A stretch of DNA of 64,000 nucleotides from the IMG/VR virus record IMGVR_UViG_3300028829_003504, positions 62,001-126,000 of that record; one strand, written 5' to 3'. Both the position numbers and the translations under genes were made by a program. This document shows, in pieces, positions 9,412 to 18,987 of this stretch; the first letter of the stretch is position 1; each line of letters opens with the position of its first letter. Under the pieces are notes generated by a model. It was not told the origin of the DNA. It searched no databases and saw nothing but the letters and a program-made list of their open reading frames with translations.

Positions 9412-9674
9412 TATAAGTCCAATATAGTTAGTACGAATTCTTTAGATGCCATAGGCTTAGGCTTATCTATAGGGCCTGCGAACTGTACGCCCTCACCTGT
9501 TACCTCCTCAATCCAGTCCGACACCTTTAATGTATCGACACCGCCTCCACCCTGACGTGTACAATAAATGCCATCGTGACCCTCCTGGGCAAAGAAGTAT
9601 TCTATACGTTGAGCTACCTCGGATTTGACCCAATAGTAACCTGGTACTTTTGGGCGCTGTTCAGTATATTGCAT
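9411..9674 (-). CDS. small hypothetical phage protein
   Basis: Carries P..PGYYWV and FAGPI..P motifs; first gene of the leftward run. Confidence 0.7.
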   Translation of the reverse strand: MQYTEQRPKVPGYYWVKSEVAQRIEYFFAQEGHDGIYCTRQGGGGVDTLKVSDWIEEVTGEGVQFAGPIDKPKPMASKEFVLTILDL

Positions 9675-9739
9675 AACTTAACCTTGCGTTATTGCTAATT
9701 TAGTACTATCTTTACACTTCACAGTATGCGAGTATTTAT

Positions 9740-10027
9740 ATGGGACAGCCTATAATAAGATTAGGTGATAAGTCTATAGGACATCCTCCTTGGGGCCCAA
9801 ATGCACCTATAGTTTCAAGCACCGACGTATTTGTCAACTCCATAGGTGTTGTTAGACTAGGGGATGACTACGCTGTCCACTCTAACGGTCCGTCACCTCA
9901 TCCTGAGAAAGCATTATCTAATAGCTCTACAGTGTATGTCAACGGAAAACTTGTACAGAGGACAGGCGACCCCTGCTCTTGCGGTGATACAGCAGGACCG
10001 GGCAGCCAGAATGTTTTTGCAGGATAA
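9740..10027 (+). CDS. PAAR-domain spike tip protein (T4 gp5.4-like)
   Basis: Three repeats IIRLGD / VVRLGD / VQRTGD, plus STVYVNG and CGD...GSQNVFAG with His/Cys metal ligands. Confidence 0.92.
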   Translation: MGQPIIRLGDKSIGHPPWGPNAPIVSSTDVFVNSIGVVRLGDDYAVHSNGPSPHPEKALSNSSTVYVNGKLVQRTGDPCSCGDTAGPGSQNVFAG

Positions 10028-10030
10028 CTT

Positions 10031-10429
10031 ATGAATACAGAAATTTCAACGAGTATTATTTACTCCGACTTAAACGCCCAAGCTTACATTACGCCTTATG
10101 ACATTGTAACTAATGTCGACGAGGCAGTACAGCGCCTACTTCTAGTACTAGCTACTCCGAAACGTACTAGGTGGAAGCGACCAGGCTTCGGTTCCCTTGT
10201 AGGTAACTTCCTATTCGATCCGATGGATTTAATAACAACGGAGCGTATACGAAACGAAATTCAGGATAGCGTTACTGATCCTGAGAACGACTTAACGGAC
10301 ATAACACTAGGTGAACTCGAAGTCGTACCCGATTACAATACAAGTAGTTACTACGTGAGAATTAAACTATCAATACCGAATCTACAAGACGATAAAGTCG
10401 TTGAGTTCGGATTAAGAGCAGGAGCCTAA
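10031..10429 (+). CDS. baseplate wedge / sheath initiator, gp25-like
   Basis: LATPKRTRWKRPGFGS...FLFDPMD matches the gp25/GPW family pattern (T..GER...P.FG....LF.P). Confidence 0.85.
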   Translation: MNTEISTSIIYSDLNAQAYITPYDIVTNVDEAVQRLLLVLATPKRTRWKRPGFGSLVGNFLFDPMDLITTERIRNEIQDSVTDPENDLTDITLGELEVVPDYNTSSYYVRIKLSIPNLQDDKVVEFGLRAGA

Positions 10430-10431
10430 TA

Positions 10432-11892
10432 ATGGCAAACAAACCTTTAAGTAAAGTAACTGTTAATTTTGAGGAATCTGTAGCCGAGCTTCTGTCAAAG
10501 TTTTCAGATAGCCTACCTTGGGCGAACAAACTAAAGTCTAACGTAGGTACCGTTCTAACAGATATGATTGCAGGTACTGCTACTAATAACCAATTCTATA
10601 TAGAGTTTGCCGCGCGTGAGGCCTTCCTTAAGACAGCAAAGCGGTATAGCTCAGTGTATGCGTTAACACGTAGCCTAGGTGTACGTATAGTAAGACGTAC
10701 TAGTGCAAAGACTACCGTTTCTGTTCAGAACACAAGTACATCCCAAATATTCATTCCAGCCTATGATAGCTTTGAGCTTGAGGGCCGTCCGTTCTACAAT
10801 AGAGAAGGTTTAATGTTTGAGCCTGCTGAGGTAAAACAGTTTGTTTTATTTGAAGGTATCATACAACGCAAAGAACTGAAATTATCGGAACTAGCTACCA
10901 ACTCTTTAGAAATAATAGTAGGGGAGCCTGGTTTTGTTATTAGTGATGACGATGTTAGGGTATTTACCACGGACCCTACAGGAACTATGACTGAATGGAC
11001 TAGACACGATGGCTCCCTTTTTGAACTTAATTCGGAAGATACTAAATTCTTCGATGCCACAACCGGAGACGGCGACGTTTCTTTACTTTTTGGTGATGGT
11101 ACTTTTGGCTCTGTTCCTGGATCAGATAGTACACTTACTATCGTATATGCCATAACTAGTGGGACTGATGGCAACCAAGGCCTATCAGGACTTAAAGTTA
11201 ACTACGCTAAGAACGATTTAATAACAGGTCAAAACATTGAGTCTATATTTGGAGGCACTGGTATTAAAGATAAGGTTTACTATAAAAAGTATGCGCCTTT
11301 CATGTACAATAGTAAGAAACGTATGGTTAGCCCCAGTGACTGGCATGGTAATATAGGCCTATATCCAGGAGTGGGTGATTTAAGTATCCTCAGCCAACGA
11401 GACATTGCACCTAATGACCCATCATGGCAGAACGTGGTTCGCGTATGTATATTGCCCGAAAACGGAAGCTCGTGGGGTGGTCAGAATCCAAGTCCTGAAT
11501 CGGCAGTGTGGACTGAATTCCTCAAGTGGGCTAAGAAACGCGTACGACCTAACACTACTATTCAGCCGTGGAATCCAAGTAAAATTCTTACAGACATAGT
11601 AGTCGAAGTAGCGGTATTCGAGGAGGTAGACACACAGTTGATGAAGGATTTATTAACCACAGTTATCAGCGGAATGTTCACGCATACTCCGGGCACTTTA
11701 GGTAAAGCTTTTACCCGTAGTGACTTAGATGAAGCCATAAAATACGACGATGATCAGCGTAGAGACGGCATAGATTACGTTAAGATAGTCAGTCCTATTG
11801 AAGATATTGAACCTAGTACAAGGCTAGAGTTTGTTAGTCCTAAAAGCATAACCGTTCTGGTACGTTATACAGAACGTGAATCATTCCTATAA
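10432..11892 (+). CDS. baseplate wedge protein (gp6 / baseplate J-like)
   Basis: REAFLKTAKRYSSV, LLFGDGTFGSVP, IVYAITSGTDGN and RMVSPSDW motifs; follows the gp25-like gene. Confidence 0.85.
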   Translation: MANKPLSKVTVNFEESVAELLSKFSDSLPWANKLKSNVGTVLTDMIAGTATNNQFYIEFAAREAFLKTAKRYSSVYALTRSLGVRIVRRTSAKTTVSVQNTSTSQIFIPAYDSFELEGRPFYNREGLMFEPAEVKQFVLFEGIIQRKELKLSELATNSLEIIVGEPGFVISDDDVRVFTTDPTGTMTEWTRHDGSLFELNSEDTKFFDATTGDGDVSLLFGDGTFGSVPGSDSTLTIVYAITSGTDGNQGLSGLKVNYAKNDLITGQNIESIFGGTGIKDKVYYKKYAPFMYNSKKRMVSPSDWHGNIGLYPGVGDLSILSQRDIAPNDPSWQNVVRVCILPENGSSWGGQNPSPESAVWTEFLKWAKKRVRPNTTIQPWNPSKILTDIVVEVAVFEEVDTQLMKDLLTTVISGMFTHTPGTLGKAFTRSDLDEAIKYDDDQRRDGIDYVKIVSPIEDIEPSTRLEFVSPKSITVLVRYTERESFL

Positions 11893-11902
11893 GTGAGTCA
11901 GC

Positions 11903-14900
11903 ATGGAAAAGAACTTATTAGACGTATTTCTTGAGTACACTAGAGGTAATCCCCTTTGGGATGACTTTATAAATGCTCTTGATGAATTCAACCAAGAACA
12001 GATACTATCTCCTATTAAAGAGCTTGAAAGTATACGTAACATTAATAGTAACACGGACCCTGTATTTATAGATAAAACCATTAGACAGCTAGGCTTAACT
12101 ATTAATAACCAACTGCTTAGTGCCAACCGTGAAAATATACATAAACTGTTCCACATGCTACCTCTGTATCATGAACTTTCTGGTACACCTAAGTTTCCTA
12201 GGTTTATAGAATTCTTACTAGGCAGGGGTTTTCGGGCAACACCTATGTATACGGTTGACTACCAAGATTTCTACGCAAAACCTAAAGGTAAGCTAGTTAC
12301 AGAAGGAGGCCTATGGTACAGTACTTCTCATATTGAGCTTTCTGTTGATGCTCAAGGCATAGAAGACTCTTTCAGTTTACGTATTGAACGCCGCGATCTA
12401 GTCGGCTTACTTGAAGCAGGCTTTACTCAAGAACAAATAAATGAACTTCGAGGTGTGGCCTTAGATTCGAATATACATGATAGATTTATAGTTGAGCATA
12501 TCATCCATAATAGAATAATTGAACTCTATTATGAGTTTGCTCCTATAGAAGACGTAGTAAAGCATATAGCCTTAGCACTTCCTGTAAGTGGTCAGGTGTT
12601 TATCGCAGGGTCAGTTACGATAAAGCCTAAAGAATATATAAAGTTAGACGAAAATGGAATTAAACGCCTAGAACTCATAGCGCCTTCAATAGTATATGGC
12701 CTTGAGGTATACAGCTTCAACATGAAGGTAGTATTGTCGGACGACAGCGAGGTAACACAGCCATGCCATTTGCTAAGCACTCTTCCTGAAGGCCTAGCAT
12801 CGAACAACGGGTCTAATATAGTGTTCAATGACGTTATGACTCAGACCGAGGTTCAGGTTACTGTCCTTTATCAAGGTACTTCTTTCCATAAGACAGTCCA
12901 GTTAATTCCGTTAGGTGTTCCTGCGGTACCTGATTCAGTATTCATTAGCGGTAAACGTAGAGTACTTGAAGGATTGACTGCTCAATTCAAATTGTACGGT
13001 GACTTCGGTTTTGAGCGTAAGCCTGTATTAGACCAAGATAACGTTGAGTGGTTAATAGATACAGATGATGCCTATTTCGAAGGAAGTATATTACACATTA
13101 GCGAAATATATGCAGAACAAAGTGCCGTAGTTACTGCCAATTACTTTGATTCTGATAATGTCCTACAGACGAATAGCATTAGCATAGATATAATTAACTC
13201 AGTTAAAGAAGTTAAGCCTATAGATTTAACTATTAATGTACCTACAGAAATGTTACAAGGTCAGAACTATACGATTACCGTTGACGCCAAGTACTCCGAC
13301 GGAAGCGTTAAAGAAGTTAGTGCTCACTTAAAGGCAGTTAGTAACAAAGCCAAGTTTAATTTTGATGGTGTTGTATATTCACCTGTAGTATCGCGGGATT
13401 ATGATACCACATTCATTGCTGAATTCCAAGACAAAGGAGTGGCCCTGACGAAAGAGCAAAAAGTTACTTTCGTCTACCCTAAACTAGAAGTGTTTAAGCT
13501 TACTGCCTTAGTTCCAGATTCAATCGAAGAAGGTACGCGACTGCCTCTAAGTTGTATAGCCCATTGGTGCAAAGCCAGTGATTTACCTTTAGTGCAATCT
13601 AAGATCAAAACAGAGCAACAAGTACAACTGTTTACTTCCGAAACGCAAGCTGCATGGAAACCTATAGGTATACATACCTTTGCAGCAGGAGCTGAGGGTT
13701 TTACATCTGACACAGAGATAGTAGCAGTAGAGGACGTAACAATTGATGGAAATCTATTAATAGTTCCTCAAGTAGACCAGACAAGCGACTTGATTATTGA
13801 AGCGCGTATAACTACTGAATCAGGTTTGAATGTTACAACCACAAAGTACATTCAAATTAAACCTATCGAGAATCGTATTGAAAGCGTGAAGATCTCAATT
13901 AGACAGAAACTATTTGAGGGTGAGAGCAACACCATGGCCATTGTAGCTAGCTGGTCGGACGACACTCAAACAGAACTTAAAATAGGTACGGAAGGTTCTT
14001 CGGTAGTCTCCGCTCAAGTATTGCATGAGGACGGGCTTGCACATCCTGAGCTTTATTTCGAGGATAACATTTTAAGATATACAGGTACGATTAGCGGTAT
14101 TAGCACTGTAACTGTCTATGTTCAATATACTCACATTAATTTGGATGGGGAGGAAGAGATACAATCTATACAAGAAACCGCATTGGTGTCAGTTGTACCT
14201 AAGATTGTACTTACGGATAGCATTAGAGTATTTGCCCCTGAGTCTAGGACTCTGGAGGACGGAACTTGGGCTATACCTAATAGAAGTCGCATGTTTATAA
14301 GAACAGAAGCCGAGTTTGAAGATGGTACTGTAGAAGATATAAAACCTGTTATTACTCCTTCGATGTTTATACCTTATAAAGAACAAGACGTACCTATAAA
14401 TGTAGTTACGGGTGATTTTGCTCTCAGAGATATGGTTAACATTCTTACTAATAAGACCCCAGAGGAGATCTACGCAGAATTAGCCAAGAAGTATTTTGGG
14501 TATTTCGACGTACAGTGGGTTCCAGAAGATAGAACTTTAATCTATATTGAAAATGATAAAGGTGAAGGGGTCAGTACAAGCATAGATAACATCACTGACT
14601 TTGGTCTCATTAGAAATCACCCAGACCTAATGTCCTACGTCGAATTCGAAGCCGTTAAAGAGATTACAGATTTTGACAGGCAGGTTACTAGGACATTAGT
14701 CCAAGCATCCAAAGTCAATGAAGAAACTGAAATAGAGTTGGCCTTTAGGTATTTCAAAGAGGAAATGGAACAAACAATCTTTATCCTAGAGCGAGAAACA
14801 CAGGCACATAACTTAATACTAAGTAAACGTATCACAGGTCCTATGGAATTCTATGGCAACGTACCTGCGGTAAGCTATGCCTTATACGTAAACTTCGATG

Positions 14901-16591
14901 ACAGAGGTGAAGAGTACGGAGTGTCGAATGACTGGGAACTTACCATACTTAATAAGCGTGAGGTTATGATTGCGCTAGGTATGCACTTTGAGATAGAGGA
15001 CTTTGAAGACAAGACCGACGAAACTCTTAATCAAATAATGCCTGATAGAAAGATTGTGGATATTGATGAAAATGGTTATGTATATCCTAAAGAAAACGTC
15101 GATGCCTTACTTAATATTAAAGCTTTGTATGATGACGGTAAAACTTCTTTCGAGCGTGACCTAGATGTTCAAATGCGTAGAGCCAATACCTACTTAGAAC
15201 GTCTATCTATAGTAGGCCCAAGTACTATAGAGGATATAGATGATGTTAATCTTGTCCTGGACGGAGCCATGAGTCACGTACCTTACAAATTACTCCTGTG
15301 GCGCGTAGGTGCCACAACGCCTGAGGAAGTAGTAGGCTTCTGGACTCTAGAGCAAAGTACCTCAAGTAGCGAGCAGGACTTACTAGGCATAAACGTGGGA
15401 GAGGGTGACGGTAAACTTTACATTAAAACTCAAGTAGAAAACCAGGATATATTCTTAGTAGCTTATTACGAAGAACAGTTTGATGATAGGCGCGAGTGGT
15501 TAGGTAAACGTAAGCGGATATTTATAAATGCTAATAGAGCAGTGAATAAGGTAAAGATAGATCCTGTTGGAGGCATAATTAACGATAATGGTATAATGCA
15601 GCTAAACGCTACTGTAACTCTAGAGGATGGGTCGCAAGTCCCATTGAGTCCTAACCAGGAGCAGACGTGGATAATAGTAGATAGTCCTGAGGGTCTTGAG
15701 ATTTCGGACAGCGGCCTTCTTACTATACCTAAACTTCACACCAATGCGGATGTTACTGTATCGGTAAATGTATTCAGTGGCAGTATATCAGTAGAGCACT
15801 CAATTACCTTTCTTGTTACGGCACGTAATGCCTTACAAGGTTTACGTATAGCAGGATATAAAGATATACGTGACGATTCAGTTATTCAAACTCAGGCCGT
15901 TTTGTTTAGGTCCAGCGATACGATAATGGACTATACAGCCGGTGAATTGGAAGGTACTAATTTCTGTAATACTAAGGAGTGCGTAACTAACGATTGCCAA
16001 TGGTCCATTAAAAGAGTCGATGGACTTAACACAGATAAAGTTAGCATTAACGAAGCTACAGGCTTACTGACTGTAGGAGCCTTTGATAAAGATTTCGGTC
16101 TCGAAATTACTGCTGAATATGCAGAGCCTGGGCAACCTACTGTTACACATAGTATAGTCATGGTAGTACATAGTTCCTTGCCTCGTTTCGGTATAGGTGA
16201 TTACGGAATTATCAATGAAGTTGAGATGAATACCCTTAGTAATAGAGTTAACAACCTTGATAAGGGAGGTAGCTTTAATATTAACGCGGAAGGTCCTACT
16301 GGAAGTACTAAGTATGGTTACTTTGCGCATAGAAAAGAGTTCGGTCGAGCAGTAGTTAAATCCATTAGTGAGTCTACAGACCATGGCTCTTGGGATGGGG
16401 CTAATTGGTCGATTGATGCGGCTGACTATGAGACGGAGACGGAACGACAGAATGCAATTACCAACTTTGGTACTGACCCTATAGAGATTGAAGTGTCTTA
16501 TGATAACTCGACTGATATTTGGTATCTATATCGTACTGAAAAGAATAATTTTGGTTTTGGTGAATTTGCCTACTACTATACAGTAGAATAG
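11903..16591 (+). CDS. large baseplate wedge / tail protein with multiple Ig-like repeats
   Basis: N-terminal gp7/gpI-like wedge region (IRQLGL...YHELSGT...IEFLLG), then repeated beta-sandwich units (A.YSDGS..V; W.I; IDENG.V; G.LTI). Confidence 0.7.
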   Translation: MEKNLLDVFLEYTRGNPLWDDFINALDEFNQEQILSPIKELESIRNINSNTDPVFIDKTIRQLGLTINNQLLSANRENIHKLFHMLPLYHELSGTPKFPRFIEFLLGRGFRATPMYTVDYQDFYAKPKGKLVTEGGLWYSTSHIELSVDAQGIEDSFSLRIERRDLVGLLEAGFTQEQINELRGVALDSNIHDRFIVEHIIHNRIIELYYEFAPIEDVVKHIALALPVSGQVFIAGSVTIKPKEYIKLDENGIKRLELIAPSIVYGLEVYSFNMKVVLSDDSEVTQPCHLLSTLPEGLASNNGSNIVFNDVMTQTEVQVTVLYQGTSFHKTVQLIPLGVPAVPDSVFISGKRRVLEGLTAQFKLYGDFGFERKPVLDQDNVEWLIDTDDAYFEGSILHISEIYAEQSAVVTANYFDSDNVLQTNSISIDIINSVKEVKPIDLTINVPTEMLQGQNYTITVDAKYSDGSVKEVSAHLKAVSNKAKFNFDGVVYSPVVSRDYDTTFIAEFQDKGVALTKEQKVTFVYPKLEVFKLTALVPDSIEEGTRLPLSCIAHWCKASDLPLVQSKIKTEQQVQLFTSETQAAWKPIGIHTFAAGAEGFTSDTEIVAVEDVTIDGNLLIVPQVDQTSDLIIEARITTESGLNVTTTKYIQIKPIENRIESVKISIRQKLFEGESNTMAIVASWSDDTQTELKIGTEGSSVVSAQVLHEDGLAHPELYFEDNILRYTGTISGISTVTVYVQYTHINLDGEEEIQSIQETALVSVVPKIVLTDSIRVFAPESRTLEDGTWAIPNRSRMFIRTEAEFEDGTVEDIKPVITPSMFIPYKEQDVPINVVTGDFALRDMVNILTNKTPEEIYAELAKKYFGYFDVQWVPEDRTLIYIENDKGEGVSTSIDNITDFGLIRNHPDLMSYVEFEAVKEITDFDRQVTRTLVQASKVNEETEIELAFRYFKEEMEQTIFILERETQAHNLILSKRITGPMEFYGNVPAVSYALYVNFDDRGEEYGVSNDWELTILNKREVMIALGMHFEIEDFEDKTDETLNQIMPDRKIVDIDENGYVYPKENVDALLNIKALYDDGKTSFERDLDVQMRRANTYLERLSIVGPSTIEDIDDVNLVLDGAMSHVPYKLLLWRVGATTPEEVVGFWTLEQSTSSSEQDLLGINVGEGDGKLYIKTQVENQDIFLVAYYEEQFDDRREWLGKRKRIFINANRAVNKVKIDPVGGIINDNGIMQLNATVTLEDGSQVPLSPNQEQTWIIVDSPEGLEISDSGLLTIPKLHTNADVTVSVNVFSGSISVEHSITFLVTARNALQGLRIAGYKDIRDDSVIQTQAVLFRSSDTIMDYTAGELEGTNFCNTKECVTNDCQWSIKRVDGLNTDKVSINEATGLLTVGAFDKDFGLEITAEYAEPGQPTVTHSIVMVVHSSLPRFGIGDYGIINEVEMNTLSNRVNNLDKGGSFNINAEGPTGSTKYGYFAHRKEFGRAVVKSISESTDHGSWDGANWSIDAADYETETERQNAITNFGTDPIEIEVSYDNSTDIWYLYRTEKNNFGFGEFAYYYTVE

Positions 16592-16631
16592 CAGTAATTT
16601 AAACTAAAGAAACAATTAAGGAAACTTTGAT

Positions 16632-18986
16632 ATGCCTGATATTATTAGCCTCGCAGATAAGCTGCGAATGACTACAGCAGGTAAGCAGTCTGCACTTAAC
16701 GCTGACCAAGGTGGAGTTTGGGTAGTACCTAAGTCTTTCGCTGTTGGTACCTTTACTGGAAGTGTTCCAAGTACCGTGCCTGATGATCTGCTTACAAGTC
16801 CCCTATATGGGGGCAATATACATTACGCTGAGGTAGTCAGTGAGCAATCCGTCCGTTTCACATTTGATATACCTACATCTGTAGGCACGGAAGCAGGGAT
16901 ACCAATCGGTGAGGTAGTTATATATCTAGATGATGGCACAGCATTCGCACACGCAGTACTAGCGGAACCTTACGTAAAGCGTAAGGGAATAGGTGTTCGC
17001 ATAGAAGCTATGCTGCATATATTAGAAGCACCTGCCGCAGTTATTAATGTTACATTAAGCGAATTAGGAAGTATTCCTAGCGTTGCCAATGTGGAAGCAT
17101 TACCTAGCCCTGTAACATCACTATCAAATGCTATTAGCGTCCTAGACTTAGTACAGAATGTAGATGGTTCTACTAGCCCGGGCGTTGTATGTAAGTATGG
17201 TAACGGAGGCCAACATTGGGGCTTCTATGGATATAGCCGTATATTCAGTGAGGCTTTAGGTATAGGTAATGCAGTATCTCCTGCTGAACTTAATCAGTCA
17301 ACTGCTATAACTGAATTTGAATTACAAAATGGTGACGAGTTTATTATCCAAGTAATATCGGGTAATGGTGCAGGCGAAACCCGACTATTCAAACTGAATG
17401 GAAGTGACGAAAACGCCAGCTTCGTAGCAGTAGGTTCCGCATTTACGGCCTTGAGTGATAATTCAGTTGTTAGTATATGGGCTCCAATTGGAGCTAGTGG
17501 TTCATCAGGATGTGCTTGGCCCCCACAAGCCGACGGAGTACCTACAGACTGGGTACTTACTAAGGGTGAAGATAGTTGTCCTGTATGGTCGCCTCCTTAT
17601 AAAAACAAAGCACAATCAATTACCCTGTACCGGGAGCCTAGCAAGTTAGAGCTAAAGCCTTTTAATACCATGGCTACTTCTGACCGTATGACTTATGATA
17701 TAGGAGATGTGTTCCCCGAGAACAATAACTTTGCCTTAGTTAATACTCAGGGTATAAATCAACATCGTAATGCTTTTGATGTAGTTGAAAACCGTATTGA
17801 GTTTAGTCAACGCCTAGTTAACCAGATCATTCTTGACATACGTACGTTCACAAGAGCACCAAGCTCAGGTACTAAGTTAATATGGCATACTGGTGAGCAT
17901 ACTGGTAATGGTAGTACTCAAGAGTTTGATATGCCTAGCTATATCGACAGTCCTGAGTTAGCAATTATTACCGTCGACCATGCGCAGCAAGCCCTTACCT
18001 CCTATACTTTAGATAAAGATAGAAGTAAGATTATCTTTACCGAAGCGCCACCTGCAGGTTCTGTTATTCAGATTAGAACAGTTGAGTATATACAGGAGGA
18101 AGGCTTTAGTACTGATATCGTTAGTGTGTCTATGAAGACTTCTGATCTTACAAACGTAATACTTCTTCCTATATCACCTGAGTCTAAAGACCAAGTATTC
18201 GTCAGTGAGCAGGGCTTCTGGGTACACGCCTCTAGTTATGAAGTAGTAGACAATCGTGTTATCTTCAATGGTTCAATTGAGCCAGAGACAAGCATGGAAG
18301 TTTTAGTATTCCAGAATATACGTGCCGAAGGTGTTGCTAGTGCTGACGTTAAAGGAATGGTAGTAGGTGCTGTAGCTACGGCTAAAGGTATTGAATTAAT
18401 ACGACATAATGCACCTAGTATAAAGTTACCTGCACCTGAATTCACTATCAAATCAGGCAGTGGTACCCGTGTGACAGGTCAGTACCCTGAATTCCTTATT
18501 GAAAGTACATTGGCTGAACAGATAGCAAAAGATAGCTTCAATAGTTTTAACGTCCAAGCTAAAGAAGAAGATGCCGAGCAAATTCTTATTACACAACGTA
18601 TTGAATTTAAAGGGGATATAATAGTACAAGCTAACGCGGACTTAATGGCTGAGCTTGGACCTGGTTTCATATCAGAAAGCGGATATGAGCGTGGTCAATT
18701 CGTACTAGGTGTAAGAACTACAGGTACAGTAGAGCCTGAGTATGGCCGCGGTATTAAAGGTACTGGTGAGTTTGGCATTAAAGCTGTTAGTGAGACACAA
18801 GCACAAGCATCAGGCTATGGTAATGCCAGTGTTACGCAATCGTGGAACATAATTAAAGCCAATCATCCTGCAGGCTATATAGACATTGTTGCTAAGATGC
18901 GTATATCTGACGCAAACATCAGTAAGTACGGAAGTAAACTTACAGCACTTTTAAACATAGTAGTGCTTCCTCAATTAGGTTCTTAG
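16632..18986 (+). CDS. tail fibre / baseplate-attached fibre protein
   Basis: N-terminus resembles tail-collar fibre domains (MTTAGKQSALNA; IGEVVIYLDDGTAFA). Repeated G.GST.EF...Q...Y....I.F.EAP units follow. Confidence 0.7.
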   Translation: MPDIISLADKLRMTTAGKQSALNADQGGVWVVPKSFAVGTFTGSVPSTVPDDLLTSPLYGGNIHYAEVVSEQSVRFTFDIPTSVGTEAGIPIGEVVIYLDDGTAFAHAVLAEPYVKRKGIGVRIEAMLHILEAPAAVINVTLSELGSIPSVANVEALPSPVTSLSNAISVLDLVQNVDGSTSPGVVCKYGNGGQHWGFYGYSRIFSEALGIGNAVSPAELNQSTAITEFELQNGDEFIIQVISGNGAGETRLFKLNGSDENASFVAVGSAFTALSDNSVVSIWAPIGASGSSGCAWPPQADGVPTDWVLTKGEDSCPVWSPPYKNKAQSITLYREPSKLELKPFNTMATSDRMTYDIGDVFPENNNFALVNTQGINQHRNAFDVVENRIEFSQRLVNQIILDIRTFTRAPSSGTKLIWHTGEHTGNGSTQEFDMPSYIDSPELAIITVDHAQQALTSYTLDKDRSKIIFTEAPPAGSVIQIRTVEYIQEEGFSTDIVSVSMKTSDLTNVILLPISPESKDQVFVSEQGFWVHASSYEVVDNRVIFNGSIEPETSMEVLVFQNIRAEGVASADVKGMVVGAVATAKGIELIRHNAPSIKLPAPEFTIKSGSGTRVTGQYPEFLIESTLAEQIAKDSFNSFNVQAKEEDAEQILITQRIEFKGDIIVQANADLMAELGPGFISESGYERGQFVLGVRTTGTVEPEYGRGIKGTGEFGIKAVSETQAQASGYGNASVTQSWNIIKANHPAGYIDIVAKMRISDANISKYGSKLTALLNIVVLPQLGS

Positions 18987-18987
18987 T

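Noticed and set aside
9740-16591. PAAR, gp25-like and baseplate J genes read as a bacterial T6SS or eCIS/tailocin locus
   Set aside because: The window also encodes terminase, probable portal, helicase, lysis genes and dense phage-type small ORFs, with no TssJLM/ClpV. This is a phage baseplate.
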